This document shows, piece by piece, positions 40,748 to 51,063 of a DNA stretch of 64,000 bases. The DNA is from a virus (taxonomy: Duplodnaviria; Caudoviricetes), in IMG/VR virus record IMGVR_UViG_3300027759_000001. The stretch is one strand, 5' to 3'. A program made the position numbers and the translations under genes. Under the pieces are notes generated by a model that saw nothing but the letters and a program-made list of their open reading frames with translations, had not been told where the DNA came from and did no database searches. The stretch's first letter is position 1. Each line of letters opens with the position of its first letter.

Positions 40748-41884
40748 ATGGGTAAAAATATAATTATTGAGGAATTAGATAGGATAAAAACTATAATGGG
40801 TATTTTGGTTGAACAAGAACAACAATTAGAGCCATTGGTAAGTGGTGATTTAACTATTAAGTATAGTAATTTTGCACCTGACAGGAATTTCAGAAAAAAC
40901 TATGTTTATATTAATGGTGTGTCTGACAAAGATATTACTAAACTAAAAGAATTAAAATTATCAAATACAAATAGTAAAGTTATATTAAAAAACTATAACA
41001 CAAATGAAACGTTTGAATTTCCTCAAAAAGAAGTGAAGATAACAATAAATGGTAAATTATATATTCTTGATACGGAGTATAATAAAATAATAAAGACATT
41101 AGAGACTCATGAAATTGAATTGAATAAGGATTTCCTAAAAAAAATGGAGTCAAAGTTTCCTGATTTTATGATTAAAGTAATGAGAGAAGTTTATCCTAAT
41201 AATTGGGGTAAAAATGGTTTTACCGATAGTAATGGTATTTGTGATACTGAGGAAGGTTTAATAAATATTGAAGGGACTAATGTTCCTGGTCAAACTTGGT
41301 CAATACTTAATTACTTTGATACTAATCCTAAAGTAATACAACAATTAATTGAATGGTTTTATAGTGGTGTGTTTAATAATGATGAAACACCACTTAAATC
41401 AAGTATTAAGGATTTTGAGAGTTGGATAACAACCAATAAAGAAGAAATATTCAAAGGAGATAATTTAAATAAACTAGTATCACTTAACAGAACATCATAT
41501 GAAAATGGAATTAAGAGTGAAAATACTACAATTGATAAATTAACTCAATCACCATTCAACATTCCAAGAGAAAATATTAAACAATATTGTTCAGGATCAA
41601 GAGAAGATAGATTTGAGGCAAAAGATCTTAAAATAGAAACACCTGATGGAGATAAACACGTTCAAATAAAACCATTGGAATGGTTTAAGATTGATGAGAA
41701 AACAGGTGAATATATTGTTAAGACTTATTATATGAAAAACTATAAAGGTTATTTAAAAAGATACGGACTTAATTATATTGCGTTCATTAACAATAAAAAT
41801 ATATTAGTCTTTGATAATAAGGATTATGATCTTGATGGGTATCACTATGTGAAGTTCAAGAATAAACCTGTTGAAAAAATATAA
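40748..41884 (+). CDS. hypothetical protein with leader
   Basis: MGKNIIIEELDRIKTIMGILVEQ. Confidence 0.8.
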   Translation: MGKNIIIEELDRIKTIMGILVEQEQQLEPLVSGDLTIKYSNFAPDRNFRKNYVYINGVSDKDITKLKELKLSNTNSKVILKNYNTNETFEFPQKEVKITINGKLYILDTEYNKIIKTLETHEIELNKDFLKKMESKFPDFMIKVMREVYPNNWGKNGFTDSNGICDTEEGLINIEGTNVPGQTWSILNYFDTNPKVIQQLIEWFYSGVFNNDETPLKSSIKDFESWITTNKEEIFKGDNLNKLVSLNRTSYENGIKSENTTIDKLTQSPFNIPRENIKQYCSGSREDRFEAKDLKIETPDGDKHVQIKPLEWFKIDEKTGEYIVKTYYMKNYKGYLKRYGLNYIAFINNKNILVFDNKDYDLDGYHYVKFKNKPVEKI

Positions 41885-41886
41885 CA

Positions 41887-43383
41887 ATGAAGATAGTAAT
41901 AAGTGAAGAACAATTAAAAACTTTAGTACATCTCATCAAAGAAGATAATGGTAAAATTAATGTTATGTTTGTTGGTGATAGTCATAGTGCTGGCGATGGA
42001 TGGACATGGAACTATTTAATTGCAAAAGACCATCCAGAGTGGGACGTTACTCAATTAGCGGTAGGAGGTAAAACAACAAAATGGATGTTGCAAAATCTTA
42101 CAACAAAATTAAATGAAAAAAAATATGATTTAGTTTTCATTTATGGCGGAGCTAATGACGTGATGTCACCACAACCAATCTCAACACCAATAGGTAATAT
42201 ACAAAAAATGGTTGACTTAGTTAATGGTCAAGGAGGTAAAGTGATTGTGTTGGTAGGTTTTGACAGTGAGTCAATATTTAATCCAGAAAAAGTGACAACA
42301 ACTAAATATTGTGATAGAGAATGTATGATTGGTTTTAAACCTAAAAGAATAAAATATCAAGCTGATCTACCAAATAGTATTACAGGAGCAATAATAATAC
42401 CAAAATTAGTTGGTGATATAAGTTGGAGTAGTGATGGTGTTCACGTAGGATCCGCAAAACACAAGTTAATGAAAGATCACGTTTATAGTAATATGGGTGA
42501 TTTAAAAAATATAAAGGTTGACACTAAAACTAATAGTGGTACTAACACCGAAACTCAAAGTGCGTCACAAAAAATATTTAATTCAATTAAAAACATATTA
42601 TCTAAAAAAGATAAAATGGAAAGTACTGCAACGCCTGAAGACATTAAGACAATACAATTATCATTAAATGTTATTAATAAAGATGATTTACCAATGACAG
42701 GTCAAATAAATGATGAAACCACTAAAGCAATTGAAAACTATCAAGAAACAAATAATTTAGATAAAACTGGTAAATTAAGTCCTGATACAACAGGTGGTAT
42801 TATAAGTGATTTTTTATTTAAGATAACAGGTAAAAGATATACTTTTGGTAAATCAAGTACTACTGAAAAATCAGAACAAAATTTTAATCCGATGGTTATA
42901 ATAAATCCTGGTGTAAAAGTAAAGACTTTTCCATCTGACATTGAAACTAAGTTCAAAAATGCGGTTGGTGATAATTATGATAGTTTTATTTCTGACGTTG
43001 AGGAGATTGGTTTAGATCCAAAAATTGCAATTAGACAATTATATACTGAATCCGCATTTAGTCCCGATGTTATGTCATGTAAAAGAACATCAACTGCGGG
43101 AGCTAAAGGTATTGCTCAGTTTATGCCAGGCACTTGGCCGTCATATGGTGGTGGTGGTAATCCTTGTAATATTAGTGACGCATTGAAAGCATATCCTAAA
43201 ATGATGAAAGTATTGTTAAATAAATTCCCAGGAAGACTTGATCTTTCAATTGCGGGGTATAATAGCGGACCTAACTTAAAAGCTTATTCTAACGCATTAA
43301 AAAACAAAACACCTTTTACGGAACTTAAAGGCGTAATACCAAATGAATCTTATAACTACGCATCTTCAATACTCCAACCATAA
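41887..43383 (+). CDS. SGNH/GDSL esterase + PG-binding + SLT lytic transglycosylase fusion
   Basis: FVGDS, GGKTT, GGAND, DGVH; AIENYQ..TGKLSPDT; TESAF, GIAQFMPGT, AGYNSG. Confidence 0.88.
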   Translation: MKIVISEEQLKTLVHLIKEDNGKINVMFVGDSHSAGDGWTWNYLIAKDHPEWDVTQLAVGGKTTKWMLQNLTTKLNEKKYDLVFIYGGANDVMSPQPISTPIGNIQKMVDLVNGQGGKVIVLVGFDSESIFNPEKVTTTKYCDRECMIGFKPKRIKYQADLPNSITGAIIIPKLVGDISWSSDGVHVGSAKHKLMKDHVYSNMGDLKNIKVDTKTNSGTNTETQSASQKIFNSIKNILSKKDKMESTATPEDIKTIQLSLNVINKDDLPMTGQINDETTKAIENYQETNNLDKTGKLSPDTTGGIISDFLFKITGKRYTFGKSSTTEKSEQNFNPMVIINPGVKVKTFPSDIETKFKNAVGDNYDSFISDVEEIGLDPKIAIRQLYTESAFSPDVMSCKRTSTAGAKGIAQFMPGTWPSYGGGGNPCNISDALKAYPKMMKVLLNKFPGRLDLSIAGYNSGPNLKAYSNALKNKTPFTELKGVIPNESYNYASSILQP

Positions 43384-43961
43384 TGATAATAAGTGAGTCA
43401 AATATTGATGATATGAAATATGAGGTTGAGCAATCCATTGAGGAGTTTGGCCTGATTAAAACATTAAAGAGATATAAATTTCCGTTTAAGTTGGCAAATA
43501 TAATGTTCCAACTTACAAGACCATTTACTAGTGAAGAATGTAATCAAATATTATATTATTATCTTGTTGAAAAGAAAGTATTATCAAAAACGTATGAAGA
43601 TAAAGATGTTGATGTTGAGATTTCTACCGATAATTTGGAGGGATCTTGGCGTTTTATAATAGAATTTAAAAAAACCAAAGAAGCTATGAGCGGTTATGGT
43701 ACAATGTTTTGGGGTGATGAGGATATTTTACCAATAGATGTGACGGTATATAGTAATGAGATTCGTAATTATGATACTGACACAGAGTTAAATTATCATG
43801 TTAATATTAATTTTGAATTTCATAAGATATCTGAGTTGTTAGATTGGTTTAATTCAAATTATTATGATATTATTATAGACACTTGTACTGATTGGTTAGA
43901 GGAATGTAGATTGGAAATGTTTGAATGGTTATCACAAAATGATCCTGACTATATTGACTAA
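43383..43961 (+). CDS. hypothetical protein
   Basis: ORF. Confidence 0.75.
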   Translation: MIISESNIDDMKYEVEQSIEEFGLIKTLKRYKFPFKLANIMFQLTRPFTSEECNQILYYYLVEKKVLSKTYEDKDVDVEISTDNLEGSWRFIIEFKKTKEAMSGYGTMFWGDEDILPIDVTVYSNEIRNYDTDTELNYHVNINFEFHKISELLDWFNSNYYDIIIDTCTDWLEECRLEMFEWLSQNDPDYID

Positions 43962-43988
43962 TTAAATCAAATACCATATAATTAAAAT

Positions 43989-44195
43989 ATGGGAAATAAT
44001 AACAATAATAATGGTGGAGGAATGGGTTTAGGAACCATTCTATTTTTAATATTCTTAGTCCTAAAACTTACAAATTATATTGATTGGTCTTGGTGGTGGG
44101 TAACTGCTCCATTGTGGATTACTGCGATATTATACATTGTTATCGCAATAATAATGGCAACTTATTTTTCAAAAAAAGATTGGAGAATAAAATGA
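43989..44195 (+). CDS. small phage membrane protein
   Basis: LFLIFLVLKLT.YIDWSWWWVTAPLW. Confidence 0.85.
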   Translation: MGNNNNNNGGGMGLGTILFLIFLVLKLTNYIDWSWWWVTAPLWITAILYIVIAIIMATYFSKKDWRIK

Positions 44196-44440
44196 TACTT
44201 GATCAGATAGTTGAGAATTATCCTGATGAGGAAATATTAAAGGCTGATGGTCTTGATGATGGAATCATAGGGATTGAGGAGAATAGTATGAGATTAGTTT
44301 ATTCTAAATCAAAAGTAATTGAAATACTAATGAGTGAGGATATGACAGAGGAAGATGCTCTTGAACATTATTACTTTAATATTGTTGGGGCATATGTGGG
44401 TGAGAAAACGCCAATTTTTGTTGAAGATACTTATATATAA
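44192..44440 (+). CDS. conserved phage hypothetical protein
   Basis: ADGLDD.IIG...YS...YFNIVGAYVGEKTP. Confidence 0.8.
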   Translation: MILDQIVENYPDEEILKADGLDDGIIGIEENSMRLVYSKSKVIEILMSEDMTEEDALEHYYFNIVGAYVGEKTPIFVEDTYI

Positions 44441-44444
44441 TATT

Positions 44445-44672
44445 ATGGAAAAAACACCAGTAGACACACTTATTAAATTCATTAACGAGGAGAACCCAAG
44501 TAATGAACAGATTGTTGAAAAATTAAATAATCTAAAATCTAATGAAGAAAATATTATTAATAGAGCTTATTTAATTGGATTTTACGATAAAGAAAGTAAT
44601 AGGAAACAAAATAATAATTATTACAAAAATCAATACGGACCAAATTGGTTCACTAATATGTCAAAAATATAA
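44445..44672 (+). CDS. hypothetical protein
   Basis: Start moved to 44445. Confidence 0.65.
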   Translation: MEKTPVDTLIKFINEENPSNEQIVEKLNNLKSNEENIINRAYLIGFYDKESNRKQNNNYYKNQYGPNWFTNMSKI

Positions 44673-44679
44673 TAGACAA

Positions 44680-44808
44680 ATGAAAAAATATATAATTATA
44701 TTCCTTGTGTTCTTAACAATACTATGTTCTTGTAAAACATCTAAAAAAGCCAATTGTGATGCGTATACCCAAAACGTAGTAAAAGATTCAACGGTTACAT
44801 ATTTTTAA
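44680..44808 (+). CDS. small putative lipoprotein
   Basis: MKKYIIIFLVFLTILCSC...CDAY. Confidence 0.65.
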   Translation: MKKYIIIFLVFLTILCSCKTSKKANCDAYTQNVVKDSTVTYF

Positions 44809-45154
44809 GTACCGCTTCAATAACACCAATACTATTTTTATCCTGTACGGTTTTATTAACTTTAGACTTTAAATAACGAAGACTATCTTCAAGTTCTTGG
44901 CGTTTACTTTTAGTTTCAACAACCTCAAACTCAACATCAATAGTTTGTTCTACATTTGAATTAGGCTTAGTGTTAACCTTAACATCGGAGAAGATAAATT
45001 TAACTGCGGATTTTGACTTCGCAATACTATTAGACTTAACAAAAGTGATCAAGAACACAATCACCTTACCTAATATGGTTAATACTCCAACGATGATGTT
45101 GTACAACACGTCAATAACTTTAATCACAATATCTTTAATTTTCATATCTTTCAT
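44795..45154 (-). CDS. membrane-anchored hypothetical protein
   Basis: N-terminal TM; promoter at 45159-45188 (minus). Confidence 0.75.
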   Translation of the reverse strand: MKDMKIKDIVIKVIDVLYNIIVGVLTILGKVIVFLITFVKSNSIAKSKSAVKFIFSDVKVNTKPNSNVEQTIDVEFEVVETKSKRQELEDSLRYLKSKVNKTVQDKNSIGVIEAVLKNM

Positions 45155-45247
45155 ACTTCAAAGATAGTAAAAACATTTGACTTTGCAAAATAAAAGAACT
45201 ATCAATGGGCAAAATGTTTTTTTGTTTTAACTGGTATTTATCATTAT

Positions 45248-46414
45248 ATGTCAGAGGAACACAAATTATCACCATTCTTTAAAAGAAGGATTGACCATCA
45301 TAAGTTTGAAAAAATGATGAGGAAAGGTATTATCTATATGTATCAAGAATCAAATTCCCTTGAAGAATTTAAATTTAAGTTAGTTAAAGCAACATTAGAA
45401 AATTATATTTATTATAAATATAATATTGATATTGAAGATTTACCTCACAATGATGTGGATAATTTTATTGATTATATGGTTGATACTTATGAACCTGTAC
45501 TTAAGATGTATTATTATAATGAAAGAAAAAATAGTGGTAATATAAATGAAAATTATAGTCCAGCAGGAAAAGAAATTACACCAAACAAAATTGTTATACA
45601 TAAATCTAACCCAAAGTTTAGAGATATAATATCAAATGAAGGGTTAAAAGTAAGGGCTGGAGAATGTTATAAAATATATGCAGGTTATGGTGAAAAATGT
45701 ATACCAGCAATCTTTGCAACTAACTCAATAAATAAAAGAGCATCGTTTGATTCCACATATGATGACGATGTTTGGGAAATTGATACTGAAATGATACCTG
45801 ATGTTAAGTGGTACAAAGATAAACACTATGAATCAAGATCAAAACATATAGTAACATTTGAAAACATACCTGCAGATGCAATAACATTAAAACATGAAGG
45901 TACAGGTAAGGATTGGGGATTAATGGAATCAACTAATGATGATAAGTTAAGTAAAGAAACAATGGTGGGTACATTTCAAGACATTGTTGAGGAAACGTTG
46001 GAGGAAATTAGAAATATTTGTGAAGTACTTGATATAGATACTTTCCCTGGTTGGTTGTCGTTTGATGGTTGTGATGTTGTTGATACTATAGATAAAATAA
46101 CTATTGTAAATATAGAAAGAAAAAAAGGTATAAGTAGAATTCCTATGTTTGAAGTTGATGTAAATCTGACGCTTAATGGTATTTGGGGAGGAATTGATTA
46201 TGATGATTTTATTTATACTATTTCGGATAGAATAATTGGTAAATGGAAGATACATTTAATTTTTAATATTAAAGAACAGGAGAATAGTAATAAACGAGAA
46301 ATGTGGGAATACGCAAGGACACTAAAAAATGCAAGAACTCAGGGATCCAAATTAAGGTTCTCTAAGTCTGCAGTCAAAGCAAACCCTATGAGGTTTAGAC
46401 CATACAATAGATGA
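45248..46414 (+). CDS. modular protein: RR-domain + ADP-ribosyltransferase/Tpt1-like fold + shared basic C-tail
   Basis: VIHKS...IISNEGL...AIFAT...VWEID...NIPADAI. Confidence 0.6.
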   Translation: MSEEHKLSPFFKRRIDHHKFEKMMRKGIIYMYQESNSLEEFKFKLVKATLENYIYYKYNIDIEDLPHNDVDNFIDYMVDTYEPVLKMYYYNERKNSGNINENYSPAGKEITPNKIVIHKSNPKFRDIISNEGLKVRAGECYKIYAGYGEKCIPAIFATNSINKRASFDSTYDDDVWEIDTEMIPDVKWYKDKHYESRSKHIVTFENIPADAITLKHEGTGKDWGLMESTNDDKLSKETMVGTFQDIVEETLEEIRNICEVLDIDTFPGWLSFDGCDVVDTIDKITIVNIERKKGISRIPMFEVDVNLTLNGIWGGIDYDDFIYTISDRIIGKWKIHLIFNIKEQENSNKREMWEYARTLKNARTQGSKLRFSKSAVKANPMRFRPYNR

Positions 46415-47001
46415 AAGAGTTAATTAGAAAAATATTGAAGGAAGAAAGAATGAACCCAATCAAAAAGTTCTTCTTTAATCATTGGGATGAAATAAGATCC
46501 GAAGGGGAATACCCAACTATTGATTATAGTTTAATTGGTAAACTTGGATTTAGAAAAAAAGCAATAGAAATACATGATTACTATCTTGAATACATTGGTG
46601 GTGAAGGTATTGGTGAAGAAAAATTATTAGATTTTTTGTCAAATCAAACATTTGATTCTAGTGAACTAAATTTCAGAAGACACTGGGATGATGAAGATTT
46701 AAAATTTACGTTTAAGTTAAGTAATGTTCGTATTACTAATGATAGAGATGGGGATAAAAACATTGATGCGGATGCGGACATACTTGAGGGTTATATTAAT
46801 ATGACAGAGTATAATGATATAGAGGACGAACATTATCAAAACAGGTATGATATTTCAAGGGGTAATAACGAAATAGATGATATGTCCTCTTACTTTGAGG
46901 TTCAGGATGAACTTAGGGCAATAATTCAATCATTTATTATTGATTTTGCAATAAAATATGGTACAGAAATTACCGAAGCTGAGGTTGAATTATTAAAATA
47001 A
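46411..47001 (+). CDS. hypothetical protein with leader
   Basis: MKELIRKILKEE; paralog of 47226. Confidence 0.8.
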   Translation: MKELIRKILKEERMNPIKKFFFNHWDEIRSEGEYPTIDYSLIGKLGFRKKAIEIHDYYLEYIGGEGIGEEKLLDFLSNQTFDSSELNFRRHWDDEDLKFTFKLSNVRITNDRDGDKNIDADADILEGYINMTEYNDIEDEHYQNRYDISRGNNEIDDMSSYFEVQDELRAIIQSFIIDFAIKYGTEITEAEVELLK

Positions 47002-47024
47002 TTTGTATATTTGTATTATTAATC

Positions 47025-47165
47025 ATGTCTAACAATATACAAACATACAAAAAGATGAAAACTATAGAGATCACAATTCAAGAAATCTGGGCGGCAACAA
47101 GACCTATTGTTCAGAAGAGCAAGAAATCTTACACTCGTAAGAGAAAACATAAGAATGTGGATTAA
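47025..47165 (+). CDS. 46-aa basic protein, ArfA-like tail
   Basis: ...RPIVQKSKKSYTRKRKHKNVD; own promoter 47006 and terminator 47174. Confidence 0.65.
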   Translation: MSNNIQTYKKMKTIEITIQEIWAATRPIVQKSKKSYTRKRKHKNVD

Positions 47166-47173
47166 TTCCATTG

Positions 47174-47208
47174 ACCTGATAAACTACGTCTCAGGTTTTG
47201 TTTTTTTA
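47174..47208 (+). terminator. intrinsic terminator
   Basis: ACCTGA...TCAGGT + T-rich tail. Confidence 0.7.
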
Positions 47209-47225
47209 TGATATTTATAATTTAT

Positions 47226-47780
47226 ATGAAAGATTTAATCAGAAAAATATTAAGGGAAGAAAAGGTTAATCCTGTAAAGAAATATTTCTTTGATCTTTGG
47301 GATGAACAGAAATCATTAGGTGATACACCAAGATACGATAAGAAGATGGTAAAGAGGCTTGGTTTTAGTACAAAACAAAGGGACATAATGGGTTACTACA
47401 GAGAATATATGGGTAATGTTTATGACATGAGAAAAGATTTTGAAAGATATCTAACTAGTAAAAAAGAATTAACCACAGACGATATGGAAGATGAGGGTAT
47501 TCATACAGGTGGATATGATTTTTCATTTAAATTTCCATATGTTTTTGTAAGAGAAGAAAATAATCAAGTTGAGATATTTGTTGATTTTGATATTACTCAC
47601 GGTAGTGTTACTTTAATGACAAACGGTGAGGAATATGATTTAACTGATCACGAATCAATTGAGGATGATCTTTGGTTAGAACTTAGTTCAGAAATACAAG
47701 ATATGATACAAGATTTTGTTGTGGCAACTGCGAACTCATTTGGTGTGGAATTTTATGACGTATATGTTCAATGGGGTTAA
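47226..47780 (+). CDS. hypothetical protein with leader
   Basis: MKDLIRKILREEKVNPVKKYFFDLWDE. Confidence 0.8.
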   Translation: MKDLIRKILREEKVNPVKKYFFDLWDEQKSLGDTPRYDKKMVKRLGFSTKQRDIMGYYREYMGNVYDMRKDFERYLTSKKELTTDDMEDEGIHTGGYDFSFKFPYVFVREENNQVEIFVDFDITHGSVTLMTNGEEYDLTDHESIEDDLWLELSSEIQDMIQDFVVATANSFGVEFYDVYVQWG

Positions 47781-48163
47781 GCGTACCAATTAGTTGGAGT
47801 AACTTCATTAGTTAATGGATTGATATCAATCTTACAATTTTGTGGTAATAAAGAACTAAATGTTCCACGGAACATATTCACCAATTCATCACACCATATC
47901 TTATCTACATGACATTTACAAATAACATCAATTCTTAACACATAATCTGTAGCATGAACTATCATCTCAAAATCGCTATATTCGTTAGAAGTAATACGCC
48001 TACCTTCATATCTTACCGTTGGTTTATCAAGTTTTTTAAGGTTGATAGATCTAACATTATATACCACACCGTTACTCATCTCAACTAAGAAATCCTGGAA
48101 TAAATGAAATCGTCTCTCAAGGTTCATAATTACAATTATAATAACCACGTATAACATAATCAA
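47777..48163 (-). CDS. hypothetical protein
   Basis: ORF filling gap on minus strand. Confidence 0.6.
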   Translation of the reverse strand: MIMLYVVIIIVIMNLERRFHLFQDFLVEMSNGVVYNVRSINLKKLDKPTVRYEGRRITSNEYSDFEMIVHATDYVLRIDVICKCHVDKIWCDELVNMFRGTFSSLLPQNCKIDINPLTNEVTPTNWYA

Positions 48164-48205
48164 ATACTATTCTGTTAAAACAATTTTTAAATATATTTAT
48201 ACTAT

Positions 48206-48898
48206 ATGAAAGAACGTTTTAATCCGTTTATTATTAGGAGACTGAAACAAATTGATGATCTTGTTGATGAGGTTTACCATGAGGTAACACCTTGTGATTA
48301 CGATGAAGATAAGTTTTATATGTACTTCAGGGAGATAACTAATTGGGTGGTAGAAAACTTTGTAAATAATAACAATTTAGGAGACGATGATATTGCAATT
48401 GATTTACATCATTTCATAAGAGAAAGATATTTTGATGAGTTTTTAGATTACTTTGATAATGCACAATTAAGTTGTAATGAATCTTTAAATGAATCTGAGG
48501 ATTTAGGTGATTTTAATTATAATAATAACGAAGAAAAGAAATTGGATAAAAAAAAAGTAACTCCTTCAGATTTAAAAAAGATTGAATTTATTGCCGATTA
48601 TATTGAGATGGTAAGTGGTGAATATTTAAATAGGTCAAATTATAAACCTTGTTTTGTTTCAGTTCAAGCGGGACATAATAAATTTTATATAGTTGTAATT
48701 GTTACTGATAAAAAATATACTTTGGAAGGATACGAAAAATTCATTAATGAAAAATTACATAAAACATTCAAAGGGATGGACATTTATGTTTTATTAATTG
48801 ATAATAAATATGACGATGGTGATAGTATTCCTAAAAGTTGTGATGATTATTTTAACCATATACCTAAACTTCCTAATACAATTACTATAGAATTTTAA
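48206..48898 (+). CDS. RR..PC.Y-domain protein
   Basis: IIRRLKQIDDLV..TPCDY. Confidence 0.75.
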   Translation: MKERFNPFIIRRLKQIDDLVDEVYHEVTPCDYDEDKFYMYFREITNWVVENFVNNNNLGDDDIAIDLHHFIRERYFDEFLDYFDNAQLSCNESLNESEDLGDFNYNNNEEKKLDKKKVTPSDLKKIEFIADYIEMVSGEYLNRSNYKPCFVSVQAGHNKFYIVVIVTDKKYTLEGYEKFINEKLHKTFKGMDIYVLLIDNKYDDGDSIPKSCDDYFNHIPKLPNTITIEF

Positions 48899-48901
48899 AA
48901 A

Positions 48902-49504
48902 ATGAGAGATATAATTAAAAAAGTATTAAAAGAAGAAGACGAAAGACAAAGATACATCAAATCTACAGATAGTCTTAGAAAAGTTATCACATTATTTCTT
49001 AATGATTATATTGAGGATGGTAATAGAATAATAGGTAAAAAATCTCGTAACTATGGTAATCTTCGCGAGGATTGGTGTGTTAACGGTAAAGAAGTTATTA
49101 CCGCAATATACTATTACGAAGACGGTAAATTTGATAATGGTACATTACTGATATCATGGGTATTAGTGAAAAAAATAATGAAAATTTTTAACACAAGAAA
49201 AAACTTTGTGATGAGTATAATAGAGGAATGGTATGAAGATACTATGATTCCAAAGTTTGAACAAATAGTTGGTGAAACAGGTTTTTATTTTGATGATGTT
49301 GATCTATATGATGGAGACCACGATTGTATTCCTGAACCAGTTAAACCTGAAAATATTACAGATGAAGAAATGCTTGAGTTTATTGTAGATAATACCGCTT
49401 ATCGTAGAGATGAGGTTATTAATAAAATTGAATCAGGTGAAAGAGACCTTGAAGATTTTTATTTGGATATTGTTCATACTGTTGAAAATAAAAAAAGATA
49501 CTAG
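48902..49504 (+). CDS. hypothetical protein with leader
   Basis: MRDIIKKVLKEE. Confidence 0.8.
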   Translation: MRDIIKKVLKEEDERQRYIKSTDSLRKVITLFLNDYIEDGNRIIGKKSRNYGNLREDWCVNGKEVITAIYYYEDGKFDNGTLLISWVLVKKIMKIFNTRKNFVMSIIEEWYEDTMIPKFEQIVGETGFYFDDVDLYDGDHDCIPEPVKPENITDEEMLEFIVDNTAYRRDEVINKIESGERDLEDFYLDIVHTVENKKRY

Positions 49505-49567
49505 TAAAGTTGATTATTAAATTGTTAAGTGATATGTTAAGTGTAATGTGAATTATATTTATTATAT

Positions 49568-50290
49568 ATGGATTTAAACAAATTAATAACGATTGTAATA
49601 CCTTGTAAGAATGAGAAGGATATTATATTAAAAACCTTAGATCTCTTAAATCATCAAAAAAACATACAGGGAGTAAAAGTAATTGTTTGTGATGCATCAA
49701 ATGATGGTGTAACAAAACTTGACCTATTGAATAGATTAGAGTATCAGCACAGAACCGATATGTTTGATTTACATTTAATGGATGGAGGTCTTCCAGCAAA
49801 AGCAAGAAACAACGGATTTAAAATTGTAACAACACCATATGTGTTGTTTATGGACGCTGACGTATTTCTATTAGATCCAAAGGTACTAAAAAGATCAGTA
49901 GTAAGAATACATAGATACCATTTAGATCTAGTAACGGCAAAGTTCCGTTCGGACAATGGAAGATATAACTACGTATATAAGGTATTTGATTTAATACAAA
50001 CACTTTCCAAGTGGTCAACACCATTCTGTCTAGGTGGATATATGTTAGTTCGTTCAGAGACGTTTAAATCAATCGGAGGTTTTGATGAAGAGATTAAAGT
50101 AGCAGAAGATTATATGTTTTCAAAACAAATCAAACCAAAGAAATTTGGAAGAATAAACAATATTGTATATACACCACCAAGAAGATTTGAAAACAAAGGT
50201 GTAATGTATATGTTAAGACTTATGTTGTCATCATTTTTTAATAGTAACAATAAAGAATACTTTACAAACGACAAAGGTTATTGGAAATGA
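49568..50290 (+). CDS. glycosyltransferase family 2
   Basis: IVIPCKNE, ARNNG, LFMDADV, GGFDE...EDY. Confidence 0.92.
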   Translation: MDLNKLITIVIPCKNEKDIILKTLDLLNHQKNIQGVKVIVCDASNDGVTKLDLLNRLEYQHRTDMFDLHLMDGGLPAKARNNGFKIVTTPYVLFMDADVFLLDPKVLKRSVVRIHRYHLDLVTAKFRSDNGRYNYVYKVFDLIQTLSKWSTPFCLGGYMLVRSETFKSIGGFDEEIKVAEDYMFSKQIKPKKFGRINNIVYTPPRRFENKGVMYMLRLMLSSFFNSNNKEYFTNDKGYWK

Positions 50291-51000
50291 AAAAGTGGAG
50301 AACAATTATAATGAGTGATTTGCACTTAGGTGCAAGACAATCACAAACAAATAAGATATTAAAATTCTTAGAAGAGAATGAATCTGAAACACTAATATTA
50401 AATGGTGATATTATAGATGGATGGGCATTAAAGGGTGGTGGTAAATGGAAAAAAGAATGTTCAAAGGTATTCAGACGTTTTATGAAACGATCAGAAGAGG
50501 GAACAAAGGTAGTTTATATCAGAGGAAATCACGATGACTTTTTAAAACCATTTGTTCCGTTCTTATTAAACAACATAGAGATTGTTAGAAAATACACACA
50601 CATTGGTGCGGACGGAAGAAGTTACTATTGTTTTCATGGGGATGTATTGGACTTTGTTATTATGAAAGTAAGATGGTTGGCGGTTCTTGGTGGATGGTCA
50701 TATGATTTGATTATTAGATTAAATACAATATACAACTATATCAGGAGAAAGTTTAACTTACAATACCATTCCTTAGCAAATGATATAAAACAATCTGTAA
50801 AGGGAGCAATCAACTTTGTATCTGATTTTGAGGATAACGCAAAAGGTTTAACAAAACAAAAAGGATTTGATGTTGCGGTATGTGGGCACATCCATCAACC
50901 TAAGTTAGATGTGGACTATATGAACTCAGGTGATTTCTGTGAGAACTCAACTTGTCTTGTTGAAGATTTTAATGGTAATTGGAAAATATTAGAAATTTAA
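50287..51000 (+). CDS. UDP-2,3-diacylglucosamine hydrolase (LpxH)-like metallophosphoesterase
   Basis: SDLHLG, LNGDIIDGW, RGNHD, FHGD, CGHIHQP, NSGD. Confidence 0.85.
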   Translation: MKKWRTIIMSDLHLGARQSQTNKILKFLEENESETLILNGDIIDGWALKGGGKWKKECSKVFRRFMKRSEEGTKVVYIRGNHDDFLKPFVPFLLNNIEIVRKYTHIGADGRSYYCFHGDVLDFVIMKVRWLAVLGGWSYDLIIRLNTIYNYIRRKFNLQYHSLANDIKQSVKGAINFVSDFEDNAKGLTKQKGFDVAVCGHIHQPKLDVDYMNSGDFCENSTCLVEDFNGNWKILEI

Positions 51001-51063
51001 TTTTTATTTGTAAAACCTATTTTCTTTGTGGATTTAAATCCCTATCATTAAAATAAAAATCAT

